NCBI GenBank assembly: GCA_964016885.1
Contig: OZ024740.1
Location: 186,248,001 to 186,312,000 of the forward strand
Origin: Eledone cirrhosa
Taxonomy: Eukaryota
Length of the DNA stretch: 64,000 bases
Reading direction: 5' to 3'
Position numbers and translations under genes: made by a program. The notes beneath the pieces are model-generated. The model searched no databases and had not been told where the DNA came from. It saw only the letters and a list, made by a program, of their open reading frames with translations. Shown here piece after piece: positions 1 through 14,350 of the stretch (positions are counted from its first letter, which is position 1; the number at the start of each line of letters is the position of its first letter).

Positions 1-863
1 CGCAGTGTTTATATCTGTCTACCATTCCTTCCGCTTACTTCATGCCTCTCTTTGTAAGAATAAAGGGCATTAACGACACAATAGTAATAAAAGTAGTGTA
101 TTAATAGTCTTCCTAAAGTAATATATTGGAAATTAGTGGAAATTAATGGAAATTCTCAAATGCGTATACTGTTGTTGTGTTTTTATTGCTTTTATTAGAA
201 AGAATTTTGTTTCGTACCTTTGTTCTCATAATGAGTGAGATATTTGACTACCAACACACCAGGAAAACGGGGAAAGTGTCGGCTCATTTAATTTATTTCT
301 ATTGTTATGCTCAGTAAATTTAGAAAGCTAAAAATATTCTCGTTGTTTTTCGAGAGATGGATACATTTCCTATTATTTGACTGCAGTAGAGCTCTCTACA
401 GTGGCTTAAGAATATTTCATGTTTTGTTACGTGTGACACATCTCGATAACTACTTCTAAAGAAGTTTTGGCTGTTCTTGCATCATAAATTAGCTCCATTT
501 ATTCTAATGGACATACATCAAGGGCATTGGTATTGAGAAAATCCGATAGAATGCAAAGGCTGAAGCAGAAAATCACAGTCCTCTTTGGAAATGTCACTTA
601 ATGCATGCATGCTCGAGCAAAATATTCAAAAGCTACGATATTGACTTGCTATTTTCTTGGTAACAAAGTATGTTCATGACGAAATGTAATATAAGAAATA
701 ACTGGACATTAACTTCTTATATTCTTTCTTTCAAAGAAGTCAACTCTATTAACATGCTTTCATTCTACACTCAATGTGAGAAATGCTTCTCTGTACAGTT
801 TGTATATATTTAAGTATGTGTTGGGGTGGGCTTTCTGTGTGCATGCAACATATGAGTTTATAT

Positions 864-872
864 GTATGTATG

Positions 873-937
<65 letters not shown>

Positions 938-965
938 GGGTGCGTGCGAGCGTGTGAATGCACTA

Positions 966-1037
<72 letters not shown>
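864..1037. repeat. (TA)n / (TATG)n microsatellite pair
   Basis: Two long (TA)n runs separated by about 35 bp; they produce the YIYI ORFs. Confidence 0.95.
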
Positions 1038-1039
<2 letters not shown>

Positions 1040-1634
1040 GCTGACCTGAATGAATGAATATTTTTATCTTTAAGTATGGAAAAGAACTCAAGTATTGTGA
1101 CTTTGTGAATTTCAAGTACAATAAAACCAAGGTAGCGTACAAAACACTTAATATTTAAGGCAGTCACTTAATGTCTTTTAAATAAGATTAATCTTCCGTA
1201 GCAAGAATGAAGCGAAAATAGTATTCGATTGCCTTTGTCAATTATTCATCATGAGTTTGAAGATATTAAAAGAAGTCAGGAGAAAGCCGATAGTGATGGA
1301 TAGGATACATAGGGAAAAACGTAAATGATTATACATTTAGCTAAACGCATTTACTTTCTTTCAATTGGCATTGCAAAATAAATCTGAACTCTATATTGCT
1401 ATTTCGACACAACGTTATTTTCTATACAAACTGTGAAAGGTTTTCTTCGTTTCCTCTTAGTCTTTATATTATTCGATAATACTCTATAAAACTCATTCTG
1501 TATAAAAGACTACATATAAGTATGATTTATACTGACCTTTTTCCGTGTATTACCATTAACATTTCTGTCCGGCAATATATTAGTGGAATCGATAAAATAG
1601 CTGACAAACGAACTCTGGTATTTTGGACCCCTAC

Positions 1635-1705
1635 GTCCCATGTTCAAATCCCGCCGAACATAATTGTCAACTTTCCGGGATCTGTAAAATATGTACCGGT
1701 TAAAG
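1635..1705 (+). mobile_element. Degenerate SINE fragment (main family)
   Basis: gttcaaatcccgccga...gtcaacttt...aaaatatgtacc matches the B-box and body of the intact copies. Confidence 0.5.
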
Positions 1706-2228
1706 ACTATAGTATATTTATACCGTTTACTTCTAGTGTATGTGTGATCTATTTATATTGCAATTACCAGAGAGCGTGGGGTTCGCCGGGTTTAAATATC
1801 CAAGGCGTATGATGAAAAAAATGAGAACCAAATCTGTACAGGACCGGTCGCAACCCAGGATAACAATGACCGCGCCACATTGCAGCCATCTGTTTTCACT
1901 TTGGTGTCTAAAAAAAGCTACATTTTCCTCACACAATAACAAAGATTACTCTGTAGGAAGCATTTGTGCAAACGAGGCCACCGTATATGCTGACAGCTCC
2001 ACACTTCAAACATAGAAACCTTTCAGCTTCTACTTCATCATTCCACCTTTGTAACCCCAAGTTAAAGTACAAAATTCTAATATATTGAGCTATCTGAGGC
2101 CCTCATATGTTCAAGCAGACTTCTCGAGATAAAATACAAATAGTCCTGAAATTATAATCCACAGCCTCTACAACGTATGTGCATTGGAAAATATAGATAT
2201 ATAAAGAATGGATCAAACAAGAAAATAG

Positions 2229-2340
2229 TTGTTTCTTCTTTTGGCACAAGGCCAGCAATTATTCCAGTGCATTACTAGAACTTTATTTTATCGACCCCGT
2301 AAGGATGAAAGGCAAAGTTAACGTCGGCGGGATTTGAAAC
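2229..2340 (-). mobile_element. 5'-truncated SINE (main family)
   Basis: tttattttatcgaccccgtaaggatgaaaggcaaagttaac core shared with the copies at 3340, 18875, 40335 and 51224. Confidence 0.85.
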
Positions 2341-3339
2341 ATGAAAATAGTATGCTCATTACAGGAACAACTTTAATCATATGAATGTTTGATGGGGACA
2401 ATTATGGGGTGAAATAATAATAGTTCCTAATGTCTGTCAAACTCGCTACAGTGAACAATTCTTGGGGGTATGATTTGCATCATTCATAAGTTATATCCTT
2501 CCTGTTCTAATCAACATCCGTAATAATCGCCTGAATTTAAAGACATTTCTCAGTTTATGAAAATACTCAATCTGAAAACGAACAATGTGCCTGAGCCGAC
2601 AAGATATCGTTTACTTGACTCTAGTTTCAAACACCTTGTGCATGATACACACAATGGTCAAATTACTGTTCTTGTACAGTAATTTCTACTACATAGAATA
2701 ACGTGCTCTCATATTCTGTTCTCAAAACTCATCCTATAATATCTCCAATGAAATGCATCCTTCTACAAATACCCCCCCCCCCATGTCCTTGTATTTCTTT
2801 TGTTTAGGCATTGATCATCTCTGTCGGATTAGACATATGAAAGGTGTTTTAGTCATGATCAAACCATTTTTATTTTAAGACATATTGCATCAAGATTGAC
2901 ACAATAATTCATTTTCTTTAAGATGGTAAGGTGTGATTTGTGGGAGATTTAGCTGCAAATTGGCTAAATTTTCTGACTAATTAGCATTTTTTTAATGGTT
3001 CAGTGCAATAGAAACAATTAAAAGAAAAGTTGTGACGCATGTTGGCAACAAAGTTTTAGTATTCGTAATATGTTTTTGTTGTTTTCACCTTGTTGACTTG
3101 ATCTAGCAAAACTACTATGAGAGACGGTTCATTTTTGACAACTCTGTCGTTTATTTTCTTCAAGCATATAATAACAAAATCCAAAAATAATCATATAAAA
3201 GGTTCTGCGTTGCTCGACTCATTATTTGGGTCGGGAATATCCGACAGCAACAATACTAGTAGCATTAACAGCAATCGTAGTAGAAGTAAGAGTAGTTCCC
3301 GCCCCCCAACTACTATTTTTATTCTTGCTAGATAATAAT

Positions 3340-3513
3340 TGTTTCTACCTTTTGACACAATTACCCAGTACATTATTGGTACTTTATTTTATCGAACCCG
3401 TAAGGATGAAAGGCAAAGTTAACCTCGGCGGGATTTGAACTCAGACCGTAAAGGGACATAACTATGCTGGAAAGCATGCCGTCCGACTCTCTACCGATAC
3501 TGCCAATCTAACG
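3340..3513 (-). mobile_element. Near full-length tRNA-type SINE with 19-bp TSD
   Basis: B-box-like gagttcaaatccc on the minus strand; TSD attcttgctagataataat at 3321-3339 and 3514-3532. Confidence 0.9.
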
Positions 3514-3544
3514 ATTCTTGCTAGATAATAATAATAGTAATAAT

Positions 3545-3755
3545 GATTTCTAGTATAGGCACAAGGCCTAGTTTGGTGGGAGGTGAAAGTCGATTAATTC
3601 GACCCCAGTACGTTACTGGTGCTTTATTTTATCGACCCGGTAAGGATGAAAGGCAAAGTTAACTTCGGCGGGATTTGAACTTAAACCATAAGGGGCCTAA
3701 CTCTATACTGCAAAGATGGCGTCCGACCCTCTACCGATACTTGCCAATCCAACTA
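3545..3755 (-). mobile_element. SINE, variant subfamily
   Basis: Same head and core, with an extra gtcgattaattcgac segment before the ccttgtgcc tail. Confidence 0.85.
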
Positions 3756-3766
3756 CTAATAATTAA

Positions 3767-4503
3767 GTGCCGATCTGCAATGTTGAGGTTGAAACAGTGA
3801 ACAACCTAGTTTCTGGATGTAAAGTTTTGGTCCCAGTAGGGATATCTACAGTTGGCCAATATCTACACTGGGTAATATGTCGGCATTATAAAATCAAAGC
3901 TACTGACAAGTGATACAATCATCACCCTGAGGCTGTAACTGAAGGAGAAAAAGTAACAATTCTTTGGGACTTTCCTGTACATACAGACCGGACCATAAAA
4001 GCTAGTAGACCAGATATAATTGTAAAAGACCAACATAGGAAGGTCTTTTTATTGATTGATATGAGTATCCCATGTGATCACAATATCGCGGCAAAAGAAT
4101 TCGACAAGCTAAGACAATATAAAGATCTGCTTATTGAAATTGAGAAAATGTGGCACCTCAAGGAAGGAACTGAACAGTATTTCTATGATTCCTCGTTTAC
4201 CCTCTCTGCAAGAGGTGCGAAAAATTGTTTTCACTGGTACAGCACACGTATTGACAAGAGCACTATCTTTGTGAGAATGGTATCCCCCCTTGTGTTGATG
4301 TGTGTCTTTGTGAGTAGAGCACTATCTCTATAAAAATGATATCTCTCTGTAAGAAAGATAAGCTGTAAATTATATTCAATGTGGTATGTTAACTGGCTTA
4401 CTAATGTATACAGTCAGTTTATTTGCCCTAGGTGTCAGGAAGACACTCGACAAATATCAGAACCAAAACTGAAGGAAAAGGAAAAAACTATTTAAAAAAT
4501 ACA
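3767..4503 (+). mobile_element. R4/Dong-like non-LTR retrotransposon 3' fragment (CCHC + REL endonuclease)
   Basis: Translates ETV..LVSGC, YLHWVIC, ILWDFPVHTDRTIKASRPDIIV, LIDMSIPCD..KEFDKLRQYKDL, KIVFTGTAHVL; ends at (TAA)n. Confidence 0.85.
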
Positions 4504-4516
4504 TAATAATAATAAT

Positions 4517-7500
4517 GATTTCTTTATTGGCCACAAGGGCTGACATCAGGAAAAAACATTACAGACGGCACAGGAGGGTACAGGACGGTACGATGTGGGT
4601 TTTGTGCGTGTAAAGATTTTTATTATTTATATAAGAAAAGAAAAAAAAGACATAGAAACATATATATATATAAACAATAAAAATGAAAATTGAAACAATG
4701 AAAAATTCCCCAATAGGAGGGAAACCTCCGAGGGTTACTCGTGGCGAAAACCACACAAAAGACCACGGCCACGCAAACCACCAGGGCAAGCGCCCTCTCT
4801 CAATTTTTCAATTTCTCAAACTACAGGCGTATATTCAGAGTGCTCACGTTCACTCGGACCATTCTCGCTACATTCACCCACCTTTCAACAAACTTGCTAG
4901 AAGGCAGCACTTGCCTCCACACCCTGATTTTCCTCTTCAAGTCAAACTTGAAAAAGTTAATTAAGGATTCGCCTAAGAGGAAAGTGTCTGTCTTTAATCC
5001 TTTCAACCTTGACCACCACATAATGTCTTTCGCCATGGCCACCAGGCAGATGAAAATCGCCTGCCCTTCCTCCTCGAAGGAAGACGGCGAGACCAACCAC
5101 ACAATGTACTCAGTCGATAACCGGATCAGTCCTACACGCGACAGCAACTGTTCGACATAGCTCCACAAGTCAGCAATGCTCGGGCACTGAACGAGTGCGT
5201 GCACGACGGTTTCGTCGCTCTTCGCGCATCTCGGACAGGCTCGGCTGACGGCACTTCCGTGCCTGTAGAGCTTATCTCAAACCGGCACCGCTCCCCGGTA
5301 GCACTGCCTGGCCAGGGATGTTTGGAAGTTATCCATAGGCCCCGGGCTGAAAGTTCTCCGGAAGAGAGCAAACAGCTGATCTTCTTCGACGCCCAGGATC
5401 TTTCCGAGAACGTCGTCGCTTTTCCCCTCCACTAGTTCTCTATAGAACGCCGAGGTGGGTGATCCACTGATACTGGAGACATTCCAGTTTCCAAGCGCTA
5501 TCTCTCGGTCTTTTCCTGACCCAGGACTGTAGCTCCGTCGAGGAGAAGAGCTGTGGGAAAACGTGCCTGACGAACGGCGACACACCTGTTCACCGTCAAG
5601 GAAGCACCAGAGATGTCGCAGCCTCAACGCATGTTTGCACAACATCAGCCATGCATTCCCAGTCCTCCGCGCAACAGATGTTGACATCAGATGGATCGTC
5701 TGGTCATGGGAGAACGCCCCTTCCACAAAAAGCGTCCCTTCCACGCTCATTTATGCTGCCTATTCTGAGTGAGGTCATGTTGAAATGGAGTGGAAAAGAT
5801 GGGAAAGACCACTTACCTTACTTCTCGTAGAGGAAGGACGGTTTATCCATCCTTTTCACTGCTTCTTGCCTCCTCGGGAAGGATGTCCTTATAAATCCTC
5901 CTGGAGAGTGCTTGTCGGAAGTCTCCGATGTCTTTGGGGAATTTTTGTTTTAGTGTCATGTACGTTTTCTGTGTGATGCGAGTGATTTGTATGTGTGGAG
6001 GTGGTGTGAACATTTGGGTTGTTGTGTAGTCTTTTTCTGTGATGCTGGTGTTGTGTTGGATGTAGTGTAATAATTGGTTGTTGTTCAAATTTAATGCTGT
6101 GTAGTGTGTATCGCTTTGGTTGTTTTGTTTTGTTTGCGTTTGTTGTGGGTTTCGCATTTTGTTGACGTTTGTGGTGTAGGTGATGGTGGTGTTGGGGTTA
6201 ATGATGTTGATGGTGTTGGTGTTTGTGGTGATGGGGCTGGTGATGCTGGTGTGGATGGTGGCATATCTGTCCTAACTCTTTTGTTTGATAGTTTATTTGT
6301 TTCCCCCTGTATTTTGTTTTTGGAGGGGGAGGGAAGAGAATTTTTCTTTTTTGGTTTCTTTTTTTCTTTTTTCCTGATACCGTTTCCCACTCCTCGTCGT
6401 CACAATCTGTCTCCAGTTATGATAGGCCGGGGAATGGAAAATCCTCCACAGGCGTTAGTTTTGGTTGTGGCGTGGTGGATGGTGTAGGCGCTGGTGCTAG
6501 TTCTGGCGCGTTGGGTGGTGGTGGTGTTGGTTTTGTTACTGTTGCTGCCATCTCTGCTGCTGGTGGTGTTGATGGTTGAGTCACTGGTGTGGGTAGGTGA
6601 GGTGGGCTCAACCTTTTATCCTGATGGCTGAAAGCCCTTAGGTGGGTTCCTTCACCACAAACGACACACCTAGGCCTTCTGCCCTCGACAATTACGGTGA
6701 GGTGGCTGCCGTCAGTGAGGTCTATTACCTCTGGGATCTCCTCAATGCTTTTTTGGTCTGCTTGGATCAGGAGCTCCATCCCATTTCCGGACCTGTTCTC
6801 CTGCTTTTCTTTCGCTATTTCGATCATCTTGGTGTTTGGTTCGATGCCGGCGAGGACGGCAGCTATTAGCCAGGGAATTTCGATGGCCGGTGGAACGTGG
6901 GTGACCCTGATCTTTACGAATCTCTGGCCACAATAGCTTTTATTGTTTTTTTTTGTCCACACATGTCCCAAAGTTTTTTGGATTTGGGACTCGGATGCCC
7001 GTTCCACACGGCGCGATTTTATATTAATTGTTCGATAAGAGACGGTGCATAGGCGCCGATGCTCCATTTTATTAGGTGTGGAGGGGGAGGCTGACCCTGT
7101 ACCCATCTTTCTTTATCATTTTTTTGGCTTCTTGTAAATCCTCCTGAGTTACCTGAAATGCTTCGCACTGTTTTGTTACTCTGGCAAATCTCAGGGTGGT
7201 TTTCTTAATGTCATTGTTGCTGTTGTTGTTATCGTTATTTTTGTTATTATTAATTTTAGTTTCAGTTGTGGTGGTGGTGGCGTCAGTGGTGTTCTGTGTG
7301 GAAGAGTTCATTTTGGTTGAATTCATTTCGATATCACGAGTTAATTTATTTGTTTCTTTTGTTTCTGTTGCCGATGTGGTGGTGGGTGTGGTGGTTGTCG
7401 CGGTGATGGTGGTGGTGGTGGCGGCTTTAACACCTGCAGTCATTGGTAATGGTGGGAAATGAATGTCTGCCTGAGACAAATTTAAAATATCGCTACAGCT

Positions 7501-7812
7501 TATATTTCTTTTTGTGTTGGCAAACGTAGTAATATTTACAATGGTGGTGTCGGTGTGAGGTGTTAGTTTGTGAGAAAGGAGTGACTCTGAGTCAGCCATG
7601 ATGTTTCAAAGAAGAATTTTTGTTTGATAATCATAAAAGTTTAAATTTTGGGCTCAAGGCCCCAATCTTTTTGGGTGTCCTTTTCAGATAACAATTTATG
7701 TGCACTTATAGACAGTTAACAATAAAATTTTCCATGAATGGCAATTTTGAACAACTGAAAATAACAAACCATTGCGGAGCTCACGATGATACGATTTACT
7801 ACGTAGATCGCC
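4517..7812 (-). mobile_element. Tx1-like LINE copy 1, internally deleted (ORF1 + ORF2 start + ORF2 C-terminus)
   Basis: ORF1 (5810-7599, frameshifted) closely matches 32363-34278; ORF2 jumps from MTSLRIGSIN straight to the post-RT region near 5745; AATAAA then (TTA)n at the 3' end; (TAA)n on both sides. Confidence 0.9.
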
Positions 7813-7847
<35 letters not shown>

Positions 7848-7862
7848 TAATAATATATTATT

Positions 7863-8905
7863 AATGTTCCACAATAGGTGTGATGTTGATAGACTCTACT
7901 TAAAGAGATCTGAAGGGGAAAGAGGCCTTATCAACATAGAGGACTGTGTTCAGGTGAAGAAAAGCTGTCGGCACAAATATGTGGTTTAGAGTAGGGAGCT
8001 AATGTTCAAAGTTGTACTGAAGGAAAAGACAATAGACAGGGGATGTCCAAGGTGGAAATAATAAAAAAGAGGAAGAGCAATCTTCAGGGAAAATCCCTTC
8101 ATAGCACCTTTTTAAGGAAGCAGAATTCAGAGATCCACAGTCATGGAGCTGGTTAAAAAGAGGAGACCTTGAAAGAGCTACAGAAGGAATGGTAATGGCT
8201 GCACAAGAGCAAGCCCTCAGAACGAAGTGGGTGAACCACCATATTGACAGGGAGGAGGCTACCTCACGCTGTGGATCTGTGAAGAGAGAGAGAGGGGGGG
8301 AGAATGTGGCTCACATCGTATCCGGGTATAAATACCTAGCCCAGACACACTATAAAGGCTGGAGGCATGATATAATAGGAAAGGTGATTCATTGGCATTC
8401 ATGCAAACTAAATAGTTCACCACATTCTGAAAATTAGTATGAGCATAAGCCAGATTCGGTGATAGAAAACGATCAAGGGAAGGTGCTATGGGATTTCAGG
8501 ATTGGTGGTTTTTACAAGAAAAAAAGATCGTACCTGATTGTAGATGTACCCGACCATTTGACACAAGAGTGCAAGAAAAGGAGGAGAAAGTTAACAGATG
8601 CTAGGATTTAAAGTGGTAAATAAAAAGGATTTATGACTTCCATGAGATCAAGATCATCCCGATTGTCATAAGAGCACTAGGTACTATCTCAAAGAGTTTT
8701 CAAAGATACTTAGAGAACATTAATCCAGGCCCATTTTTTGGAACACTTCAAAAGGTAAGACTGCTGGGAACAGCACACACCAACAACACACCCACACCCA
8801 GCCCCCGGATACGTCCTGAATATCTGAGGCTGCAGTTGGCGGATTGGTGTTCATTTGAACAAACTTTCGAGTTAAATAACATCAATGACTGAGACAATGA
8901 ATGAA
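7863..8905 (+). mobile_element. R4/Dong-like LINE 3' fragment
   Basis: DRLYLKRSEG, MAAQEQALRTKW, ENVAHIVSG, WRHD; homologous to 41057-42100; followed by (TAA)n to about 8980. Confidence 0.88.
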
Positions 8906-8929
8906 TAAATAATAATAACAATAATAATC

Positions 8930-8980
<51 letters not shown>

Positions 8981-9317
8981 GTAACGCAAATAAAAAGAGA
9001 AATGAATATTCTCACTCATGAAATAGAGTTGTCGATTTTTTTTTTTTTAGGTGCTGACATCAATATATTTATTTCTATTGTCCTCAGAATCATGGCTGAA
9101 AAGCCATGACAGGAAGCTGCATAGTTGCTATAGTAACTTTATTAATACCGAGCAGATGTTCTGTTAGATAATTCGAAGTCCAATAACACTGATAATTCTG
9201 TTGATAATAAAATGTCTATGTTTATTACTAGTAGATTCGTCATAAATACTAGATAAGGTAACTTGACTTCGAGATAAAAAAGTAATAAAATCTACTGTTG
9301 TTGGCTTGATCAACGTA

Positions 9318-9582
<265 letters not shown>

Positions 9583-9889
9583 ATTATATCAAATAAAAAG
9601 TTTCTGTGAAAAGTCTTCAGGAGATTATATTCTATAAGATGTAAATGTATTTTGAGTAACTTGAAAACACGTTGATGTTTCTAATCCTGCTACTATTACT
9701 GCTGATGTTGTTGTTTTTGTCACTGTTCTCGTTGCTCTGCTAGTTGGAGTAGTGGTAATGATATTGGTGGTGTTGTTGGCGGAAATGCTGATACTGGTGC
9801 TGTCGTTGGTGTTGTTGACGTAAGAGCTTAATGAGTAAGAGCAGCATGATGAACACCGTTATCCCCCATTGTGGGATCTTCATTAGCCA

Positions 9890-10315
9890 TCGCCATTACA
9901 ATCATCATCATCATAAATAGCTTCAACAAGAAGCAAGAGTGTAAATTATATCATAATCGTCATTCTCTTGATACGAAATATCATTATCACGATCAACATC
10001 TTTATCCTCATCGCTATTATTGCCGGTATATTGGTTATTATCCTTGTTGTTATCATTATTGTCATCATCTTCCTTATCTTCATCATCGTTATCACCATCA
10101 TCATTGCCGACGTCCTCATTGCGATCCATATCGTAACCACTGTAGTCATCATCATCATCCTTATCCTCGTCACCATTGTCATCACCATCATCTTCATTGT
10201 CGTCGTCATCATCATCACCATCATCATTATCATCATCCTCGTCATCAACATCATCATCTACATCATCATCATTATCAACTTCATTGCCATCATCATAGTC
10301 ATAATTACTACTATC
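9890..10315. repeat. Degenerate (CAT)n low-complexity tract
   Basis: catcatcat-rich; gives His-rich, Ile-rich and Met-rich ORFs in different frames. Confidence 0.85.
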
Positions 10316-10957
10316 GCCTCCAATGTCGTTTATATGAAATTAATGCCATCCACGTCATTCTTCAATTCTGTCCTTCTAACATCAGAACTATTTAGTCATT
10401 TTTTTCATCCCATAAATTATAAATGTGTGCCATGAAGATCACTGCGGGGTCAATCAGGCCTAATCCGGCTATTGTGCAATAAGAGGCTGTCAAGCAGCTC
10501 CCAATGGTTGCCCCGCCCTCATTCATTACGTTCCCTCGTATCTGCAACGCCCGTATACTCCGATATTAACATAACATGATACCTGTTTTGATGCATGATT
10601 TACCAAATTGATACCAGGCATGGGATTATCCTGTCTTTCGGACGCCAGCTCATGGTTTTATCAAATAATTTACTGCCTAACCCTCTCACAGGCAGGGAAG
10701 GCTTGGAATCAGTGCTGCATTCTATATATGTGGTTTACTGACCAACGCTAACGAAACATGCCTGCCAGAAATTATGTTTATGTAGTGACCAATCGAAGAA
10801 ACCTGCACGTACTTGATTCAGTTATTAGAAATAAAAGTCATATCTTCCTCATACTTTGCTGTTATAAAGAAAGAGGCATGTAATCTTTGATATATGAAAC
10901 AAGGAATGATAATGTCCAGAATACATGTATCAAAGCTTCGCTCAAATCAGTTTAGTA

Positions 10958-11268
10958 AGGGAGTTCTCTGAATGTCAGTGCAATAGAATCCACATACCTG
11001 ATCCTGAACTCCTCATCGGCCAACGCTTCCTAATGCATTCAGGCCAGTCTCGTGGGGTTTCTTAACTTCTGGTGGTCTCAGTTTGCAGATAACTAAATGT
11101 TGATCAGTTGACAACTCAGCCACTCTCTTAGCCCAAACATCCAGCACAGAAGCGAAGAGATTAGAGACAATATCTATTCAGTTCTAATCTCTATCCCAGA
11201 TTTCCCTTATACCATGTATATTTATGGATATCTTTCTTCTGGAAGGTGTTCATGATAGAGAACCCATT
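10958..11268 (-). mobile_element. RTE-clade LINE endonuclease C-terminal fragment (inverted)
   Basis: Minus strand translates NGFSIMNTFQKKDIHKYTWYKG ... SVLDVWAKRVAELSTDQHLVICKL. Confidence 0.75.
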
Positions 11269-11274
11269 AATAAG

Positions 11275-11700
11275 ACAAAAGACGCCCATGACTGCGTTTC
11301 ACAGGATTTCCTGAGGAAGGTTCTGCAGAAGTATGGGATCGATGCACGGAGTCGTTTTGTCTTGAACGACCTAGTTCTTGTTTTCGAATAAATGGTGCTA
11401 AGCCAGATCCATTTTGTGTGGGTGTTGGACTGTGTCAAAAGTGTGTAATGTAAGCTATCCTGTTAATAATCGCAATGAATAAGTTTGAAGTGCGCTTCTA
11501 GATAGGAAATAGGATCAATATCTGCGTGAATAGGATCAGTCGACTGGAATTTGCAGACGAGATGGCAATACTTTACTCGCTAAGTGGTCTTCAACATACA
11601 CTGAATAGTTTTTATGCTGAGTGTAGCATGACAGGAAACAAATCAGGGATGCGAAGACTGAGATACTAGGCCTCTCAAGAAAGCGTACACAGTGCAGTAA
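11275..11700 (+). mobile_element. RTE-clade LINE reverse transcriptase fragment
   Basis: KDAHDCVSQDFLRKVLQKYGID, INGAKPDPFCVGVGLCQKCV, RISRLEFADEM, SGLQHTLNSFYAECSMTG, AKTEILGLSRK (decayed KAYD/QG/FADD motifs). Confidence 0.75.
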
Positions 11701-12786
11701 GGGTGTTCATATTTGCCCTTACCAGGAGCAAGATGGTCGGATAACATGTATAAGCTTCATTGGTTTCACTTGGGGATACAGCCGAATCAATTGGAGACGT
11801 TTGCCTTTAATAGAACCCTATAGATTGTGTGTCTGAGGACTTTGCAAACCCCACCCATGACTCTCTCTAGAATAAGTGAACTATGAGAAAGAAAATTTAA
11901 ATCGGGACTACTAGTGAGTTACAAACAAAAACACGTTTCAATCATCAAACACATCTGATTATTTGGGCTTAAATTCATCTTGAAAACACTGGTAGTTCGG
12001 AATTAAGTCAAACAGTTAATATAAACACTCAACTTCCTCATCATAAATTGAGTGGCCATGTCTTACTTTTGTACCCACAACTATATATATTGTCAAATAT
12101 TTATTGTATTTTTCTTGGCTGTATGCAGTCTGCAACTTTATGATATTAATATTAAATCTGAATTTGTATAGTACTTTGAAAATTCAACTCTTTCGAAAGA
12201 GGCATTCAAAGTCTCAACATTTTGGTATACTTTCCGTACCCCATAGGTGCATATAAGAATCATAATTGTATGGGTTATGTATAATCAAAGAAAGTACACG
12301 GGCACAAACACCCGACGCACACATATATATATATGTGTGTGTGTGAGTAAGTGTGTGTGTTTGAATTTGTATATTAGCGATATACGGTATGTTTATGAAT
12401 AAAAATTTGAAAGCCTTAGCTACTAATTTTGGAAGCTGGTAGCAAAAAGACATCAGGAGGATTCTAGCAAAAGCAGGAGCGCGAAAACTGCCGACAGTCG
12501 ACTGTTTCTGACTCGTGATCGTTATCAAGATAGTGCTCATTCGCCCTCCTTTCAGCTGGAATCCAACATAGGCAATAACATATAGTTTGGATGCCGATGT
12601 ACATAGGCTGATAAACCTCATTTGTATATGGAGTAGTCTGTCATCTCAGCCTAAAAATGGAATTAAAGTAATCGCTCCGACATAGCTGTTTGCATATAGG
12701 TATGTTTCTATATTGATATGAGGAATGTTTATGAATAATGATTTGAATGCATTAGCTATTACCTTTAAAACTTCATAGCTGAGGTT

Positions 12787-13078
<292 letters not shown>

Positions 13079-13209
13079 TATATATATATATATATATATG
13101 CGCATGTGTATATACATATATATGTAAAAGGTAAACAGAAATAACAACAGAATCGGAAGAGTATATAGAAGGAATATATTAGGTTAACGCTTGAAATAGC
13201 AGAAGAGGG

Positions 13210-13245
13210 GCCTAACGTTCCGGACGCTAGTCCTTCATCAGAAGA
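13210..13245 (-). ncRNA. Minimal PLE-type hammerhead ribozyme (GAAA mutated to GGAA)
   Basis: tctt CTGATGA a ggac tagc gtcc GGAAC GTT aggc; related copy at 60915. Confidence 0.6.
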
Positions 13246-13851
13246 AAGAATGAGAAATAAGATAGATTGAGGGGATGGGTGGGTTTTAATTGGAAAAAAT
13301 GTCTTTAGATAAAAATAACAGGCGCATTCATGTTGACATCTCATATATATATATATATATATATATAAACTTTCGTGGATCATAGTTGTCTCCCCTTCCC
13401 ACTTAGTGACGCTATATTACTTCCTCAGTCAAAAACTGCTGGAATCTCAAATTTGGCGGTCATTCGATGCGAGAGGGAGCAACTTAACAGACACGATTTT
13501 TAACTGCGGTAAGAATTTTTTTCTTATATCAAAGTTTAATGGGCTTCCACTGAGGATGTATAAGCGCCCACCTAAATATATTCTTACATGAATGTATATT
13601 AGGCTTCTACATAAACTGGAAATATTCTCCCAATTTGTAGAAAACTTATAATGAAACAATTGTTTGGAAAGAGAGATGTACTTTAACTTTAATTATATCT
13701 CATAAAATAATACAACTCGCTTTTCCACATAATACATATTGTTAGCACCCCAAACACTTAAATTGGGTTTATATTAAAATATAACCTAATGTTTGTTGAG
13801 TGAGATGGTTACCAGTCAGAGTTTAGCTTTAAACTATCTATGTTATTGTAT

Positions 13852-14350
<499 letters not shown>

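Noticed and set aside
749-1167. [12 protein letters not shown] and ERER ORFs here and throughout the window
   Set aside because: They are translations of dinucleotide microsatellites.
6104-6487. Antisense Gly/Val-rich ORFs in Tx1 copies (also 32670-33050)
   Set aside because: Shadow of the Pro/Thr-rich ORF1 on the opposite strand.
9871-10435. His-rich or Ile-rich protein
   Set aside because: A degenerate (CAT)n tract that is open in several frames on both strands, with no domain or splice support.
12369-12780. Two ~60-bp diverged direct repeats (12385 and 12722)
   Set aside because: No further structure; likely old repeat fragments.
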